A DNA stretch of 63,996 bases, counting the filler, from Welwitschia mirabilis (Eukaryota), in NCBI GenBank assembly GCA_051453625.1. It is 7 parts of one record of this genome, joined end to end, with 100 filler letters (N's around TTAATTAATTAA, not from the genome) between each part and the next. Parts side by side here need not be neighbours in the genome. Positions count along the whole stretch, not along the records: positions 62,969 to 63,996 come from JBOZIK010000001.1; 6 more parts are not named here. One strand, 5' to 3'. The notes under the pieces were generated by a model. That model searched no databases, was not told the DNA's origin, and saw nothing but the letters and a program-made list of their open reading frames with translations. Positions 62,869 to 63,996 of this stretch are shown in pieces (position 1 is the first letter of the stretch; each line of letters begins with the position of its first letter). The position numbers and the translations under genes were made by a program.

Positions 62869-62912
62869 NNNNNNNNNNNNNNNNNNNNNNNNNNNNNNNN
62901 NNNNNNNNNNNN

Positions 62913-62924
62913 TTAATTAATTAA
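62913..62924. other. Synthetic contig linker
   Basis: 44N-TTAATTAATTAA-44N. Confidence 0.97.
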
Positions 62925-62996
62925 NNNNNNNNNNNNNNNNNNNNNNNNNNNNNNNNNNNNNNNNNNNNTATATATAATCTTAATTATCATTAAATT

Positions 62997-63153
62997 CACT
63001 ACCTAGTTTGGCGATCTGTGAAGCCCACTGCCTCATTTGACGATCTGTGGTTATATAATATCCCCGCTGCCTCATTCGACAATCTATGAGATTCTCTCTT
63101 CACTACCTTCTTCAGTGATCTGTGAAGTCCACTGCCTCATTCGGTGATCTGTA
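62997..63153 (+). repeat. Imperfect tandem repeat, core CACTGCCTCATTCGGCGATCTGTG, ~5 copies with short variable linkers
   Basis: Core recurs at ~62997, 63026, 63065, 63101 and 63130. Confidence 0.75.
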
Positions 63154-63705
63154 GAAAATCCATAATCATAGGTTCAATAAGATGATATCATGAAATTAAG
63201 ATAGGTTTTACCACAACATAGAACCTCAACCATAGATTTTATTTGCAAGATGACCAGTTAATATAATAGGAATCAATTACAATTTTCATCTCATACTATG
63301 AAATATATTAAGAAAAGAGAGTAATGAAGAGGAGGTACATATTAGCATAAAGTTTATTTTATTCAAGCATTACATGATTTATCATTCTACATACAGGAAT
63401 ATGAATATGCTTCAGTCTTGATAACAAATGCATAAGTAAAGATAATTAAGAAATTACAAAAGTATAGGATCATATATAACATGACAATTTCAAACAGAAC
63501 GTATAAGAAAGGACCATTACATAAGCAAGAAGATAAGAGACCATACCAATTTTCAATAAGAACTCAAGATCTTTGCTAGTTTTTAAGGCTTTTTCGGCTC
63601 CAAGACTCAGTAGCAAAAGGTTATCCACAAAATGAAAGTAAGGAAAAAGGAGGAGTAGAGACCTATTTATAATTGAGATTTGGTAAAATGTGAAGAGTTA
63701 CAAAA

Positions 63706-63856
63706 ATATAAGGACAAACGAAAGTTGGCAAATATTCCTTATATATGAGGAAAAACGAAAGTTGGGAAAGATTCCTTACATATGAGGACAAACAAAAGTT
63801 GGTAAAAGTTCCTTGCATATGAGGACGAATGAAAGTTGGTAGAGACCCCTTGCATA
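63706..63856 (+). repeat. 37-bp tandem repeat, 4 copies (ATATGAGGACAAACGAAAGTTGG...TTCCTTGC)
   Basis: AGGA anchors at 63711, 63748, 63785 and 63822 (period 37). Confidence 0.9.
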
Positions 63857-63996
63857 AGAAGATAAAATATCGTGAATGAGGGCAGTTAATAAAGGGGTTA
63901 CATAATGTCTCATAAATGATTGTCTGGCCATCGGATGCTTTTAATAATAATATAATCAAGATAATACTCCATATTTAATAATGAGAAAAAGGAATA

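Noticed and set aside
62997..63153. CRISPR-like repeat-spacer array
   Set aside because: Repeats are degenerate, linkers are only ~5-15 nt and partly repeated, there are no cas genes, and the context is eukaryotic.

Overview
AT-rich, heavily gapped land-plant nuclear DNA. No intact protein-coding gene is visible and the species cannot be assigned from this window. Functional-looking loci are two identical nuclear tRNA-Asn(GTT) genes (1779-1852 and 35912-35985) inside a duplicated, CpG-richer block; a third copy probably lies hidden in the 452-1107 gap. The rest is mostly decayed transposons: two L1-type LINEs in tandem plus a LINE 3' stub, a Helitron2/Helentron-like Rep remnant carrying an intron plus a DUF6570-like N-terminal remnant, several Ty1/copia fragments including a Sirevirus with multiple PPTs, and an RTE-like LINE. 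There is also a 104-bp plastid 16S rDNA insertion with a deamination signature, and a ~4-kb stretch holding isolated exons of unrelated host genes (TOPLESS-like WD40, APCB1/Asp1-like aspartic protease, possibly a third). Two assembly features limit interpretation: six synthetic 44N-TTAATTAATTAA-44N linkers, and many 100-N gaps whose flanks are diverged duplicates. All family assignments are by-eye motif recognition; no database search was run.
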